A DNA stretch of 64,000 nt, from the NCBI GenBank assembly GCA_038496445.1, contig JALMLS010000568.1, positions 1-64,000 on the forward strand, written 5' to 3'. The first letter of the stretch is position 1. The number at the start of each line of letters is the position of its first letter. A program made the position numbers and the translations under genes. Shown one piece after another: positions 63,272 through 64,000 of the stretch. The notes under the pieces were generated by a model. That model was not told where the DNA came from. It saw only the letters and a program-made list of their open reading frames with translations, and did no database searches. Origin of the DNA: Trichosphaerium sp. ATCC 40318. Taxonomy: Eukaryota > Protista > Tubulinea.

Positions 63272-64000
63272 CTAGTCTTTTTTATTGTGTTTATAGTTAT
63301 ACACCACACGTATTGAAGCACAAGGTGGTAAATTAACAATGTCCTTATCTGAACGAATAAGATGTTTTGGATCTTCTGCCAAGTGCAGAATTTTATATTC
63401 TCCATCAAAATGATCTTTAATCTCTTCATCCAGATCTTTCATTATAAGGTTTGTCAAGTAGACTTCTTTTTTTTCTCCCTATTGTATGGTAAAGATGTCG
63501 TTTTATAAACAAGAATTTTTTGGTTTTTTTGATTGTTAGCAAATACCTTTGGTCCAATAATGTTGAACACATATGAACCGAATGGTCCTCTACCTTTGCG
63601 TGATTTGTAGTTTGGATCATGTAGCTCCATATCATAATCTTCAAGCTGGACAATAAATCCGCTGTTAGGACATATAAGAGGTCTTGCCTAAAAATGTAAA
63701 CAAGGGAATACAAGATTGAATGGATGTACCTTTGATAGTAAATCACGTGCAACATTAAAGTTCATATCACGCTTCCACATCAAATAAGCAATAACAACAC
63801 TTGCAGATCTATACACTTATTATTTTCCAGAACATTTCTAGCAAAGAAGCTGCAGCGCAGTTCGAAGTTAAGAGGAAGAAACAAGTGTTCCCTTTTCACG
63901 TAATTTTGTTTAAACCGTTGTTTGTACCTGGAGACGCCTGCAGAGCAATGAACAAGTGTATTTTCACCTTTAGACATGCATAAATCAATAAATGCGTTGG
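63272..64000 (-). CDS. Dual-specificity protein phosphatase, 3' part (gene begins beyond the window)
   Basis: TLVHCSAGVSR|SASVVIAYLM and ARPLICPNSGFIVQL (HCX5RS and AYLM motifs), plus a C-terminal extension. Confidence 0.9.

Overview
AT-rich, gene-dense eukaryotic (protist, probably amoebozoan-like) genomic DNA with very many short spliceosomal introns (donor mostly GTAYGT/GTAAG, branch YTAAY) and the standard genetic code, so the ORF track fragments most genes. Gene models here were spliced by eye. Main content: DRG1 GTPase; a ~17.7 kb single-chain fungal-type fatty acid synthase (AT-ER-DH-MPT-ACP-ACP-KR-KS-PPT) with tandem ACPs; a synapsin-like ATP-grasp gene head-to-head with an EGF-7TM receptor; a small Cys-rich protein; two inverted MITE copies flanking an intronless secreted PAN+PLAT gene next to a decayed piggyBac-like transposase; a family of F-box genes and pseudogenes (LRR, NHL, MORN-variant receptors); Pol III subunit RPC5; a tandem-SH2+ARM protein; a secreted repeat-peptide precursor missed by the ORF track; a protein made of two CAP N-terminal domains; a large beta-solenoid-like type I membrane protein; and the 3' part of a dual-specificity phosphatase. 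Best candidates for undescribed biology are the repeat-peptide precursor (52174-52741), the hypervariable F-box/LRR arrays with nearby pseudogenes, the MITE-bounded cargo gene, and the double-ACP FAS with an AMPK-type site. No database searches were run; family calls rest on recognised motifs.
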